DNA of 64,000 bases from an uncultured Clostridia bacterium (GTDB lineage: Bacteria > Bacillota > Clostridia > Christensenellales > Aristaeellaceae). A program made the translations under genes and the position numbers. How positions within the stretch are numbered: the stretch's first letter is position 1; each line of letters begins with the position of its first letter. This document shows, piece after piece, positions 28,814-37,745 of this stretch. The stretch is from the NCBI GenBank assembly GCA_934630975.1, contig CAKTXH010000002.1:2507-66506 (forward strand), written 5' to 3'. The notes under the pieces were generated by a model that was not told the DNA's origin, did no database searches, and saw only the letters and a list, made by a program, of their open reading frames with translations.

Positions 28814-30064
28814 TTATTCTGCCTCCGCCGCGGTCGCCTCGTCCGGCGTGGCCGTTCTCAAAACCGGCGTACCGCCGAGCAGTTCAATCGCCTTTTGCAG
28901 CTGGGCGTCATGGTCGTGCGGCAGATTGTTGATGCCGTAACGCGTCACCGCGTCCTCATCCAGCTCCACCTCGACGTCAGGCTCGATGCCGATTTCGTGG
29001 ATGCACTCGCCGCTGGGCGTGTAATACCGCGCGGTCGTGACCTTCATGCCGCTTCCATCGGGAAACTCCAGCGAGCTTTGCACGATGCCCTTGCCGAACG
29101 TCTTGGTGCCCACGAGCGTACCCGCCTTGTAATCGCGAATCGCGCCCGCGAGAATCTCCGACGCGCTGGCGCTGTACCCGTTGACCAGCACGACCATCGG
29201 CACATCGTAATATTCGTCGTCGATCTTCTCCTCGGTCACATTGCCGTTTTTATCCTTCATGGAAACGACAACGCCTTCCGGCAGAATCAAATCGGCCATC
29301 TTCACGCAGGTATCGACCAGACCGCCGCCGTTGTTGCGCAGGTCAATGATCATGCCGGAAACATTCGCCGCCTTAAACGCGTCAATCGCCTCGGCGAACC
29401 CTTCGTAAGCGTCGCCCAGGAAATCGAACACCATCACATAGCCGATGTTGTCATCCAGAATTTCATATTCGACATAGTTGATGTTGACGTTTTCGCGCAC
29501 CACGTCGAAATCGAGGGTGTCCAGCCCGCGCATCACCGTCACCTTGACGCTCTCGCCCGGCGTTCCGCGCATCACGCTGACCGCTTCGTTCATCTCGTAG
29601 GCGGAATAATACTCGTCGTTGACATAGACAATCTTGTCGCCCGCAAGGATGCCCGCCTTCTCGGCCGGGCTGCCCTTGAACACGCGCGTCACCGTAATCA
29701 GCAGATCGGAAGGATCGGCGAGAAGCTGGCAGCCAATTCCGGCATAAACGCCCTCCGTTTCCTCGTTGAATTTCTCCATTTCTTCCTTGGTATAATACAC
29801 ACTGTAAATATCGCCGATACCCGCCATCAGGCCGACGGCGGCGTTTTCCAGCATCGCGTCCTCATCCACGTCTTCATAATAGTAGGTTTCCACGAGCTGA
29901 AGCAGCATTTCCAGCTTCTGATACCGCTGATAGTTTTCATATTCCTCGCGGCTGATGGTAACGGTTTCGCTCTGCTTGAACATCGGAAGGGTCGCCGCCT
30001 GCGCAGAGACGGCGGACATCAGCATCGCGCCTGCGATCATCATGGAGACAATTTTTCGTTTCAT
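28814..30064 (-). CDS. ctpA: S41 carboxy-terminal processing protease
   Basis: Signal peptide, PDZ region (GSPAEKAGILAGDKIV), and catalytic GYSASASE...TFGKG. Start taken at ATG 30064 (GTG 30073 is possible). Confidence 0.85.
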   Translation of the reverse strand: MKRKIVSMMIAGAMLMSAVSAQAATLPMFKQSETVTISREEYENYQRYQKLEMLLQLVETYYYEDVDEDAMLENAAVGLMAGIGDIYSVYYTKEEMEKFNEETEGVYAGIGCQLLADPSDLLITVTRVFKGSPAEKAGILAGDKIVYVNDEYYSAYEMNEAVSVMRGTPGESVKVTVMRGLDTLDFDVVRENVNINYVEYEILDDNIGYVMVFDFLGDAYEGFAEAIDAFKAANVSGMIIDLRNNGGGLVDTCVKMADLILPEGVVVSMKDKNGNVTEEKIDDEYYDVPMVVLVNGYSASASEILAGAIRDYKAGTLVGTKTFGKGIVQSSLEFPDGSGMKVTTARYYTPSGECIHEIGIEPDVEVELDEDAVTRYGINNLPHDHDAQLQKAIELLGGTPVLRTATPDEATAAEAE

Positions 30065-30088
30065 TGCGTTCACAATTCCTTTCGATTC

Positions 30089-30115
30089 AAAAAGAGCCGA
30101 CCATTTCTGGCCGGC
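30089..30115 (-). terminator. Weak intrinsic terminator after the PucR gene
   Basis: Minus strand reads GCCGGCCAGAAATGGTCGGCTCTTTTT. One mismatch in the stem. Confidence 0.4.
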
Positions 30116-30148
30116 GCAGCCTGCGGAATAGCCGAGGCCAAGGGAGGT

Positions 30149-31219
30149 TTAATACACGGGACGCGGCTTATCCTTGCCGCTCTTGCCCAAAAGCATCATC
30201 ATTTTGAAGGTCACAGCGTCGTCGAACTTGCGCAGATCCAGCCCCGTCTGGCGCTGCACCTTATCCAGACGATAAACCAGCGTATTGCGATGGATATACA
30301 GCTGGCGCGCGGTATCGGACAGGTTGAGGTCCTTCGCGAAGAACATCTCGATGGTATGCAGCATTTCGTCGTTAAACAGGCGCGCAGTCTTGCGGTTGAA
30401 CAGAATACCGTGATAACGCGTGCCCATCTCGCGCGGAATATCCATCAGGAAGCGCTCCAGCACGAGGCTGCGATACACGTAAATATGCTGTTCGGTCAGG
30501 AAGATGCGACCCACCTCGACGGCGCGGCGGGATTCGCGATAGCTCTCGCCGATCTCCGGGAAGGTCTTCTTCGGCTCGCCGATGCCCACGACGCAGCTCT
30601 TGCCCGCTTCGTCGAGCAGCGTCTGCTCGATGGCTTCGGCCAACTGATACAGCTCGTCGAAGGATTCGACGTTCTCCATGCTCTTGAGGAAGACGACGGT
30701 ATGGCGATCCATTTCCACCAGCAGGTCGCCGCCCGCGCGCGGCACAAGCTCCTCGAGCATGTTGAACGCGGTTTCCGTTTCCGTCTGGAGAATCTGGAAC
30801 GTGAGCACACAGCGCTCGCGGTTCATCTCTATCTGATGTTCATGCGCCAGCGCTTCCAGCTCGGAACCGGCCAGCTCCTCGCGCAGCACCCGGCGATACA
30901 CGTCGTAACGGCTCTGAATCGGCGCTTCGCCGCGGCCCATAGACTGCACCATCGCGCCCGCAAGCACAATGCAGTCGTGCGTCGCCGCGCCCTGCGCATC
31001 CGCGCAGAGAATCAGCTCCGGCGTAATGCCGATCATCAAAAAGGTTTTGCCCTCAAAGGCCACCGGCATGCCCGGCTCCATGAACTCCGGCAGGTTGATC
31101 TTGCTGCGGTTTTCCTCCGGCAGAAGCACGGTGCCCTCGGTATCCAGCAGCCAAAGCGGCTGCATCAGACGAGCCAGAACCTGCTGAATCTGATTTAAAA
31201 AACGCTTCTCAGGAATCAT
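30149..31219 (-). CDS. PucR/CdaR-family transcriptional regulator
   Basis: C-terminal HTH TARQLYIHRNTLVYRLDKVQRQTG, typical of PucR_C. Confidence 0.8.
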   Translation of the reverse strand: MIPEKRFLNQIQQVLARLMQPLWLLDTEGTVLLPEENRSKINLPEFMEPGMPVAFEGKTFLMIGITPELILCADAQGAATHDCIVLAGAMVQSMGRGEAPIQSRYDVYRRVLREELAGSELEALAHEHQIEMNRERCVLTFQILQTETETAFNMLEELVPRAGGDLLVEMDRHTVVFLKSMENVESFDELYQLAEAIEQTLLDEAGKSCVVGIGEPKKTFPEIGESYRESRRAVEVGRIFLTEQHIYVYRSLVLERFLMDIPREMGTRYHGILFNRKTARLFNDEMLHTIEMFFAKDLNLSDTARQLYIHRNTLVYRLDKVQRQTGLDLRKFDDAVTFKMMMLLGKSGKDKPRPVY

Positions 31220-31363
31220 ATTTCTTTTCTCCTCTCATCAGCGCGCTAAATGGTTTAAACAAATATAGATCATTATACCGTATAACCGGGCAAAAATCTA
31301 CATCTACGAAAAAATATCTCCCCTAATTTGGTAAAATATACCGTAATTTTATGGAATCTGCAC

Positions 31364-31396
31364 AAAAAAACGCCCGCATCAAAACGATGCGGGCGT
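31364..31396 (-). terminator. Intrinsic terminator after the ABC ATPase gene
   Basis: ACGCCCGCATC (31370-31380) pairs with GATGCGGGCGT (31386-31396). T7 run on the minus strand. Confidence 0.8.
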
Positions 31397-31411
31397 TGTA
31401 TAATTTGCGAA

Positions 31412-32533
31412 TTAGCGGTTCAGGATGCTCAGCTCGGTATCCTTGTCGAAGAAATGCAGGCGGTTCGTCTCGAAAGCGACCTTCACGGTGTCGCCGGTGC
31501 GGGACGTGCTGCGCGGATCGACGCGGGCGACGACGTTGCTGTCCTTGCCGTCCACCTTGAGGTAGAGGTAAGTTTCAGAACCCATCAGCTCGACGACCTC
31601 AACGTTCGCCTCGACGAGGTTGTTATCCGCAACGGACAGGAAGCGCTCTTCATCGTGGATGTTCTCCGGGCGGATACCCATGACAACTTCCTTGCCGATG
31701 TAGGACTCATCCACCAGCTTGCGAACCTTCGCATCCGGCACCTTGATGGCGTTGCTGCCAAACTCAGCCCACACGCCGTCAGCGCGCTTGACCAGCTTCG
31801 CATCGAAGAAGTTCATCTGCGGGCTGCCGATGAAGGAGCCGACAAACAGGTTGGCCGGATAATCGTAGAGGTTCTGCGGGGTATCGACCTGCTGGATGAA
31901 GCCGTCCTTCATGACGACGATGCGGGTGCCCATCGTCATGGCCTCGGTCTGGTCGTGCGTAACATAGATGAAGGTCGTCTGGAGGCGCTGATGCAGCTTG
32001 GTGATCTCGGTGCGCATCTGCACGCGGAGCTTGGCGTCCAAGTTGGAAAGCGGTTCGTCCATCAGGAAGACCTTCGGGTCGCGGACGATGGCGCGGCCGA
32101 GGGCAACGCGCTGACGCTGGCCACCGGAGAGCGCCTTCGGCTTGCGGTTGAGCAGCTGCTCGATGGAGAGGATCTTCGCCGCTTCACGCACGAGCTTGTC
32201 GATCTCATCCTTCGGCTTCTTGCGCAGCTTCAGGCCGAACGCCATGTTGTCATAAACGGTCATGTGCGGATAAAGCGCGTAGTTCTGGAACACCATCGCG
32301 ATATCGCGATCCTTCGGCGCAACGTCGTTGACCAGACGGTCGCCGATGTACAATTCGCCCTCGGAAATCTCTTCAAGACCAGCGACCATACGGAGCGTCG
32401 TGGACTTGCCGCAGCCGGAGGGGCCAACCAGAACAATGAACTCCTTATCCTCGATATCCAGGCAGAAATCGGAAACAGCGGTCACGTTGCCGGAGTAAAT
32501 CTTGTAGATGTGGTTAAGCTTCAAGCTCGCCAT
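31412..32533 (-). CDS. msmX: Stand-alone sugar-type ABC transporter ATPase (MsmX/MalK/UgpC family)
   Basis: Start trimmed to [11 protein letters not shown] (RBS AGGGGGA). Walker [10 protein letters not shown], signature LSGGQRQR, Walker B FLMDEP, and a MalK-type C-terminal domain. No permease or SBP nearby. Confidence 0.9.
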   Translation of the reverse strand: MASLKLNHIYKIYSGNVTAVSDFCLDIEDKEFIVLVGPSGCGKSTTLRMVAGLEEISEGELYIGDRLVNDVAPKDRDIAMVFQNYALYPHMTVYDNMAFGLKLRKKPKDEIDKLVREAAKILSIEQLLNRKPKALSGGQRQRVALGRAIVRDPKVFLMDEPLSNLDAKLRVQMRTEITKLHQRLQTTFIYVTHDQTEAMTMGTRIVVMKDGFIQQVDTPQNLYDYPANLFVGSFIGSPQMNFFDAKLVKRADGVWAEFGSNAIKVPDAKVRKLVDESYIGKEVVMGIRPENIHDEERFLSVADNNLVEANVEVVELMGSETYLYLKVDGKDSNVVARVDPRSTSRTGDTVKVAFETNRLHFFDKDTELSILNR

Positions 32534-32618
32534 AGTAAAATCCCCCTTGTTCATTTCAAAGAAAACAGCAACCAGCTTGAGCCGAATCTTTCGTTCATCG
32601 GCTTCAACAACTGGGTTC

Positions 32619-32647
32619 ATTATACGGGGAAACCGAACATTTTTCAA
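32619..32647 (-). promoter_or_regulatory. Sigma-A promoter for the ABC ATPase gene
   Basis: Minus strand reads TTGAAA (32642-32647), 17 nt, TATAAT (32619-32624). Confidence 0.55.
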
Positions 32648-33000
32648 TTGAATAAGTTCACAAAAAATATTCGGTTACATCCCGGTTTTTCCCCTACATT
32701 TCAACCCGCTTTTTTGCAGGTTTTAGTGATTCCAGCCACATCGGCCATTTGGCCGCCCGGCCGTTTGTGCGAATCACTTTCCGCTTCTTTTTTCATTTTC
32801 TTTCACATTGTCCTTTTTTCAGACGTTTTCAACACGTTTTATGATCACATTTAGACGCTTTCCTGCAATTCTTTTCTTCTTTTGCGAATTCGCATATTTC
32901 ATTCGTTTTCCCTTATAGATGGGTTTTCGAACCGTTCTTGTGCATCTTGCACATATTGATATTTTCACAGACTTCTTCAAAATCTTCGCACTTTTCCATA

Positions 33001-33028
33001 GAAAAAACGCTATGCATAAGCATAGCGT
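33001..33028 (-). terminator. Intrinsic terminator after hom
   Basis: ACGCTATGC (33007-33015) pairs with GCATAGCGT (33020-33028). T6 run on the minus strand. Confidence 0.75.
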
Positions 33029-33054
33029 CATTGAGCTTTTTCTATTTCGAAGTT

Positions 33055-34320
33055 TTATTCCTCCACGCGGATGACGCTTTCGGCGCTCGCCTGCGCGGAA
33101 TCCATTCTCGCAAGCGCGCGGCGAACGGCATGCTCGCCCGCCCGATGCGTCAGGAAAATGAGCTGAACAAAGCCCGCTTCGTCCTTCTCACCCTTCTGCA
33201 CCATCGAAGCGATGCTGACGTTTTCCGCCGCAAAAGCGCCCGTAATCAGCGACAGCACGCCCGGCTCGTCCTTGGCGCGCATGCGGACAAAGTAAACGCA
33301 GCGCCAGTCCTCCGCCATCCGGCACGGCTCTTCGCTGACCGCGGGCAGCTCGTGCCGCTTGGTTTTCGCCGCGCAGATCAAATCCGACACCAACGCGCTG
33401 GCCGTCGGCAAATCGCCCGCGCCGCGCCCGTAAAACATCATTTCGCCGCAGGCGTGCCCTTTGACAAACACCGCGTTAAACGCGTCGTTCACGCTGGCCA
33501 GCGGATGGCCGTTCGGCACAAACGTCGGGTGCACACGCGCCTGAATCTCACCGTTTTCCATTTTGGCGACGGCCAGCAGCTTGAGCGTCAGCCCGAATTC
33601 CCTGCCGCACTGCACATCCAGCGGCGTAATGCCTGTAATGCCCTCGCGATACACGTTTTCCACCGGCACATGGCGATGGAACGCCAGCGTGGAGAGGATG
33701 CTCAGCTTATAGGCTGCGTCATAGCCTTCCACGTCCGCGGTCGGATTCGGCTCGGCCAGCCCAAGCCGCTGCGCATCGGCCAGCACATCCGCATACGCCG
33801 CGCCCTCGTTCGCCATCCGGGTCAGAATATAGTTCGTCGTGCCGTTGATGATGCCCATCACCGAGCTGATCTGATTGGCCTGAAGCGAATCGTTGATCGC
33901 GCGGATAATCGGCACTGCGCCGCAAACGCTCGCCTCGTAATACAAACCCGCCGCATGCTCGCGCGCCGTGCGGACGATCTGTGTCCAATGCGTCGCCAGC
34001 GCCATCTTATTGGCGGTAATCACACATTTGCCGTTTGCCACCGCGCGCATCATATAGGAAGCCGCAGGCTGTTCGCCGCCCATGAATTCCATCACCATGT
34101 CGATTTCCGGGTTATCCAGCACATCCTCCGGGCAGTCCGTCAGCAGCGCCGAAGGAATCGCCCAGGCGCGGCTCTTGTTCAGCGAACGCACGAGAATCTT
34201 CCTCACCTCAAAACCGACGCCTTCGTTTTGCTCGATCTGCGCCCCATACGTTTCCAGCAGTTTATACACGCCGCAGCCGATGTTGCCGCAGCCCAGAAAT
34301 CCCACGACGATCTTTTCCAT
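33055..34320 (-). CDS. hom: Homoserine dehydrogenase with a C-terminal ACT domain
   Basis: VGFLGCGNIGCGV Rossmann motif, homoserine dehydrogenase catalytic region, ACT-like tail. Confidence 0.9.
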   Translation of the reverse strand: MEKIVVGFLGCGNIGCGVYKLLETYGAQIEQNEGVGFEVRKILVRSLNKSRAWAIPSALLTDCPEDVLDNPEIDMVMEFMGGEQPAASYMMRAVANGKCVITANKMALATHWTQIVRTAREHAAGLYYEASVCGAVPIIRAINDSLQANQISSVMGIINGTTNYILTRMANEGAAYADVLADAQRLGLAEPNPTADVEGYDAAYKLSILSTLAFHRHVPVENVYREGITGITPLDVQCGREFGLTLKLLAVAKMENGEIQARVHPTFVPNGHPLASVNDAFNAVFVKGHACGEMMFYGRGAGDLPTASALVSDLICAAKTKRHELPAVSEEPCRMAEDWRCVYFVRMRAKDEPGVLSLITGAFAAENVSIASMVQKGEKDEAGFVQLIFLTHRAGEHAVRRALARMDSAQASAESVIRVEE

Positions 34321-34351
34321 GCTTCCGTGCGTCCTTTCCGATATGAATGTG

Positions 34352-35119
34352 TTACAGATTGCGCTCGTAAATCAGGCGCAGGCCGGTCAGCGTCAAATCC
34401 GGGTTGATTTCGTCAATCACGTCGGAATTGCTCTTGACCAGATGCGCCATGCCGCCGGTGGCAATCACGCGGATATTCTCCCCGCCCAGTTCGCGCTTCA
34501 TCTGCCCGACAATCTTCTCCACCGAGCCGATATAGCCGTACAAAATGCCCGCCTGAATGTTGGAAACGGTCGTTTTGCCGATGACCTGCGGCGGAAGCAC
34601 CAGTTCAATGGAAGGCAGCTTCGCCGTTCCCGCAGACAACGCGCGGTTCATCATTCGCAGACCGGGGCCAATCGCGCCGCCGAGGAATTCCGATTTGGCG
34701 GAGATCACGCCATACGTCGTCGCCGTGCCGAAATCAATAAAAATCGCCGGGCCGCCGTAAAGCGTAGAGACCGCAACCGCGTTGGCAATACGGTCGCTGC
34801 CCAGCTCGCGCGGGTTTTCATAGCGGATGTTCAGCCCCGTTTTCATGCCGGGCACGAGCAGACGCGGCTCGAGATGGAAATAATCCCGGCACATGTGCTC
34901 GATGGTATAGTTGATGGTCGGCACAACGGAGGAAATCATGATTCCCTCCACCGCCTGCATATTCAGGTTGTGATAGCGGAACAAATCCGCCATGATGATG
35001 CCGTATTGGTCGGAGGTCATCACCGGGTCGGTCGCGCAGCGCCAGCGCTTGACCAGTCGGCTTCCCTCAAAAACGGCGGCTTTGATATTGGTGTTGCCAA
35101 TATCCATTGCAACGATCAT
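34352..35119 (-). CDS. coaX: Type III pantothenate kinase
   Basis: MIVAMDIGNTNIK start and GTATT motif. 255 aa. Confidence 0.9.
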   Translation of the reverse strand: MIVAMDIGNTNIKAAVFEGSRLVKRWRCATDPVMTSDQYGIIMADLFRYHNLNMQAVEGIMISSVVPTINYTIEHMCRDYFHLEPRLLVPGMKTGLNIRYENPRELGSDRIANAVAVSTLYGGPAIFIDFGTATTYGVISAKSEFLGGAIGPGLRMMNRALSAGTAKLPSIELVLPPQVIGKTTVSNIQAGILYGYIGSVEKIVGQMKRELGGENIRVIATGGMAHLVKSNSDVIDEINPDLTLTGLRLIYERNL

Positions 35120-35146
35120 AATTCTATCCCCTAACCGGCATAAGTT

Positions 35147-35779
35147 TTAGCGATGCCCGTTCATCCTGCCCGTCACCTTGAGCAGCGCGCTCCCGATGGC
35201 CGTGCCCGCAACGGAGCACACAACCGCTTCCACAAGCCCCTGCATGCCCGTCAGCAGCACGACGAACATCAGCGGGTTGCTCGCGCCCTTGGCCAGAACA
35301 AGGCTCTGGACATAATCCGTATGATAAAACGCGAGCACAATATAGCCCATGAAGAACAGCGTATTGAGCAGCGGCGCGGAAAGCGAAGCCACAAAACAAT
35401 TGGCCATGCTGTTTTTGCAGACCTTGGCCATCGCGCCGTAAACCAGCCCCACGCACAGACCCATCAGCAGCCGCGTGCCAAAGCACAGGATGAACGTGTG
35501 AATGGCCGACACGCCCAGCAGCGTCGAAGTCATGATGGACGCGCCCTTGATTGCATCCATAAAGCTCACGAAACCGAACACGCCGCCCAGCAGCATGCTC
35601 GCCATCGGCCCGATGACAATCGCGCCAATGGCAATCGGCACGGTCAAAAACGACATGTACAGCGGCCCGACCGGCACGCTGCCCAAGCCGATGAGCTTCA
35701 TCACCACTTCAATCGCCACGAGAATGGCAAGCTGCGTCAGCGTCTGCACGCTGATCTTCTGTTTAGGCTGAGTATTCAT
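35147..35779 (-). CDS. ECF-transporter S component (pantothenate PanT suggested only by the coaX neighbourhood)
   Basis: Start trimmed to MNTQPKQKISVQTLT (RBS GGAGGATAAAA). About six TM helices and an ECF S-component-like N-terminus. Confidence 0.7.
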   Translation of the reverse strand: MNTQPKQKISVQTLTQLAILVAIEVVMKLIGLGSVPVGPLYMSFLTVPIAIGAIVIGPMASMLLGGVFGFVSFMDAIKGASIMTSTLLGVSAIHTFILCFGTRLLMGLCVGLVYGAMAKVCKNSMANCFVASLSAPLLNTLFFMGYIVLAFYHTDYVQSLVLAKGASNPLMFVVLLTGMQGLVEAVVCSVAGTAIGSALLKVTGRMNGHR

Positions 35780-35899
35780 TTTTATCCTCCGTTCGGGTTC
35801 GCACAGGATACCCGACAAGTCTTTGCCGCAAAGCGGCGTCGCAAAAGAAAACAACCTTCTCGGTCTGCCCTGCATGCAGCGGCAGCCAGAATCGCGTAT

Positions 35900-35928
35900 A
35901 TTGTACCAAACAGACGCTGATTTTGCAA
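35900..35928 (-). promoter_or_regulatory. Sigma-A promoter for the S-component/coaX/hom unit
   Basis: Minus strand reads TTGCAA (35923-35928), 17 nt, TGGTACAAT extended -10 (35900-35908). Confidence 0.5.
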
Positions 35929-35986
35929 GTTTTTACACGCAAATTGTCGTTTTCCGTCTTTGCTTCCATTTTTCTGTAAAAAAAGG

Positions 35987-36015
35987 TTGACTTTTTGCGG
36001 ATTGTATCGTATAAT
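35987..36015 (+). promoter_or_regulatory. Near-consensus sigma-A promoter for tRNA-Leu
   Basis: TTGACT (35987-35992), 17 nt, TATAAT (36010-36015). The tRNA starts 27 nt downstream. Confidence 0.75.
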
Positions 36016-36041
36016 CTTTTTTGTCGCAAGACGAACGGCTT

Positions 36042-36128
36042 GCGGGAATGGCGGAATTGGCAGACGCGCTAGATTCAGGTTCTAGTGAAAGCAATTTCAT
36101 GCAGGTTCAAGTCCTGTTTCCCGCACCA
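36042..36128 (+). tRNA. tRNA-Leu (anticodon CAG), class II with a long variable arm and encoded CCA
   Basis: Acceptor GCGGGAA pairs with TTCCCGC. Anticodon stem CTAGA/TCTAG with loop TTCAGGT. Variable arm GTGAAAGCAATTTCATGC. T-arm CAGGTTCAAGTCCTG. 3' ACCA. Confidence 0.9.
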
Positions 36129-36134
36129 TAAGCG

Positions 36135-36168
36135 AGACTTCCGAGAGAATCGGAAGTCTTTCTTTTAT
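36135..36168 (+). terminator. Intrinsic terminator after tRNA-Leu
   Basis: AGACTTCCG (36135-36143) pairs with CGGAAGTCT (36151-36159), then TTCTTTTAT. Confidence 0.75.
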
Positions 36169-36188
36169 CTCGAAGAATCATCGAAGTG

Positions 36189-36296
36189 AAAACAGGACTT
36201 GAAGAAGCCGGAGTGAATCAGGCCACAGTGTGGCCTGAGAACGGCGCTGACCGAGCGGCGGCGAGCCGCGAGAATCCAGTCCTGTTTCCCGCACCA
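36189..36296 (+). repeat. Duplicated tRNA-Leu 3' end (att-like), one direct and one inverted copy
   Basis: The 19 nt AGTCCTGTTTCCCGCACCA at 36278-36296 are identical to 36110-36128. AAAACAGGACTTGAA at 36189-36203 is the reverse complement of tRNA positions 36106-36120 (14 of 15). The two copies can pair as a 10-bp stem around internal hairpins AGGCCAC/GTGGCCT and GCGGC/GCCGC. Confidence 0.7.
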
Positions 36297-36305
36297 CCCC
36301 CATAT

Positions 36306-36352
36306 AATCCGAACCCAATTTTCCAAATTGGAAATGGGTTCGGATTTTTCTT
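36306..36352 (+). terminator. Strong intrinsic terminator after the duplicated tRNA 3' end
   Basis: AATCCGAACCCA (36306-36317) pairs with TGGGTTCGGATT (36335-36346), then a T-run. Confidence 0.75.
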
Positions 36353-36494
36353 TAACCGCTAAACAAAACAGTTACTCACAGGCAATAACCCCGACAGATC
36401 CGTTTGGCAGATCAATTTTCTGAATTAGGGATATCCTTTCATTGGAAAATATGGTATACTCGGCTCAACAAATCGAAATTTGGAGGTCTATACA

Positions 36495-36692
36495 ATGAGA
36501 AAATGTGAAAAGTGCGGAGCAAGCATGAAATCGGATTTGAGGCTTAAAGTTAACGGCGGCGGTTATGGGGTTGTTGTTCATGTAGATGAAAAACAAAAAG
36601 CAAGAACTATAGATGATGTTAGAGTTGCAGTCTGCCCAGAATGTGGACATACAGAAATGTATTTAGAAGATTTAACGAAATTAAAGGATTAA
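36495..36692 (+). CDS. Small zinc-ribbon protein (65 aa, hypothetical)
   Basis: GGAGG (36482-36486) lies 8 nt before ATG 36495. CEKCG...CPECG pair of CxxC knuckles. Lower-GC sequence. Confidence 0.5.
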   Translation: MRKCEKCGASMKSDLRLKVNGGGYGVVVHVDEKQKARTIDDVRVAVCPECGHTEMYLEDLTKLKD

Positions 36693-36822
36693 GAGATAAA
36701 TTCCAGTTTTCTGTATTCATCCATAACAGAAGATGAACATATATGCTCCAACAATTAGCAACGAATCCCAATAAGCCAATCATGCTGAACTCAGCAAATC
36801 AGGTTTTGCGGAGGCGATGAAA

Positions 36823-37560
36823 ATGAAATATGCGCTTGCAGCCGTTGGCTTTATCAACGAAGACATCGGGCATAACAAAGCGATTCTTGCCGATACGCTT
36901 AGGAAATGCGCCGGCAAGGCGGACGTTGTGATCTTTGGCGAAGCGTTTCTCCAAGGCTTTTCCGGCATCAATTTTTCAGTCGATCATGACAGGGCGGTAT
37001 CCGTTTCCCGCGAGGACGCGCTGATTCACGAAATATGCGCGGCGGCTAGGGAAAATTTCATCGCCGTATCCTTTGGTTTCATCGAAAAAGACGGCGAAGC
37101 GTTTTTCAGTTCACAGATAACCCTGGACAAACATGGCCGGATTATTGATTTGTATCGCAGGGTATCCCCGGGATGGAAAGAAGCGTTTGCGGGAAAAGCA
37201 TACCGCGAAGGCAGCGGATTTCACACCTTTGACTTTCTCGGCAAAAAAGCCGCCGTCGGGCTATGCGGAGACCTCTGGTATGAAGAAAACATTTCCCGCC
37301 TAAACGACTTAAACCCGGATATCGTCTGGTGGCCCGTCTATACCGATTATGCCGATTCGGAATGGAACAACGCCGCGAAGTTTGAATACGCCCAGCAGGT
37401 CGCTAACATACATGCGCCTGTTCTTTACGTCAATTCCGTATGCCTGAATCCATCCGGGGATCACGAAATGGCCAAAGGCGGCGCCGCTTGGTTTGACCAG
37501 GGATTCATCAAAGCGGAATTACCGGCAGGAAACGAAGGGATTCTCTTCATCGAGGTTTAA
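36823..37560 (+). CDS. Carbon-nitrogen hydrolase (nitrilase superfamily) protein
   Basis: VIFGEAFLQGF (catalytic Glu region) and GLCGDLWYE (catalytic Cys region). Start at the second ATG (36823), 8 nt after GGAGG. ATG 36817 is possible. Confidence 0.75.
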   Translation: MKYALAAVGFINEDIGHNKAILADTLRKCAGKADVVIFGEAFLQGFSGINFSVDHDRAVSVSREDALIHEICAAARENFIAVSFGFIEKDGEAFFSSQITLDKHGRIIDLYRRVSPGWKEAFAGKAYREGSGFHTFDFLGKKAAVGLCGDLWYEENISRLNDLNPDIVWWPVYTDYADSEWNNAAKFEYAQQVANIHAPVLYVNSVCLNPSGDHEMAKGGAAWFDQGFIKAELPAGNEGILFIEV

Positions 37561-37668
37561 CCGCTCCCCCATTTTCATCCCTGTGCGGCAGGAAAAAAGC
37601 CCTCATTTCGTTATGGAGAAAGCGGCCGCTTTCGGTTCGCCGCATACCTTTCTGACGTAAGATACAGG

Positions 37669-37697
37669 TTGACGCTTTTTCGAATTGCTGATATACT
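37669..37697 (+). promoter_or_regulatory. Sigma-A promoter for galM
   Basis: TTGACG (37669-37674), 17 nt, TATACT (37692-37697). Confidence 0.6.
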
Positions 37698-37745
37698 GAT
37701 TGCATAAAAAACAAGACGTTTGTTTTCAAAAAGGAGACGACAACA

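Noticed and set aside
28895-31198. 767-aa plus-strand ORF that spans the ctpA and PucR genes
   Set aside because: It crosses an intergenic terminator region and lies antisense to two well-supported genes. It is a stop-free antisense frame caused by GC bias.
32819-33031. 70-aa very basic ORF in the AT-rich spacer
   Set aside because: Its start lies inside the hom terminator hairpin. It has no RBS, and its composition merely reflects the T-rich DNA.
36181-36298. Structured segment after tRNA-Leu as tmRNA, SRP RNA or a second tRNA gene
   Set aside because: It has only the 3' T-arm strand and the acceptor strand of a tRNA, with no D-arm, anticodon arm or 5' acceptor strand. It has no SRP domain IV motif or tmRNA tag reading frame. 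It is kept as an att-like repeat instead.
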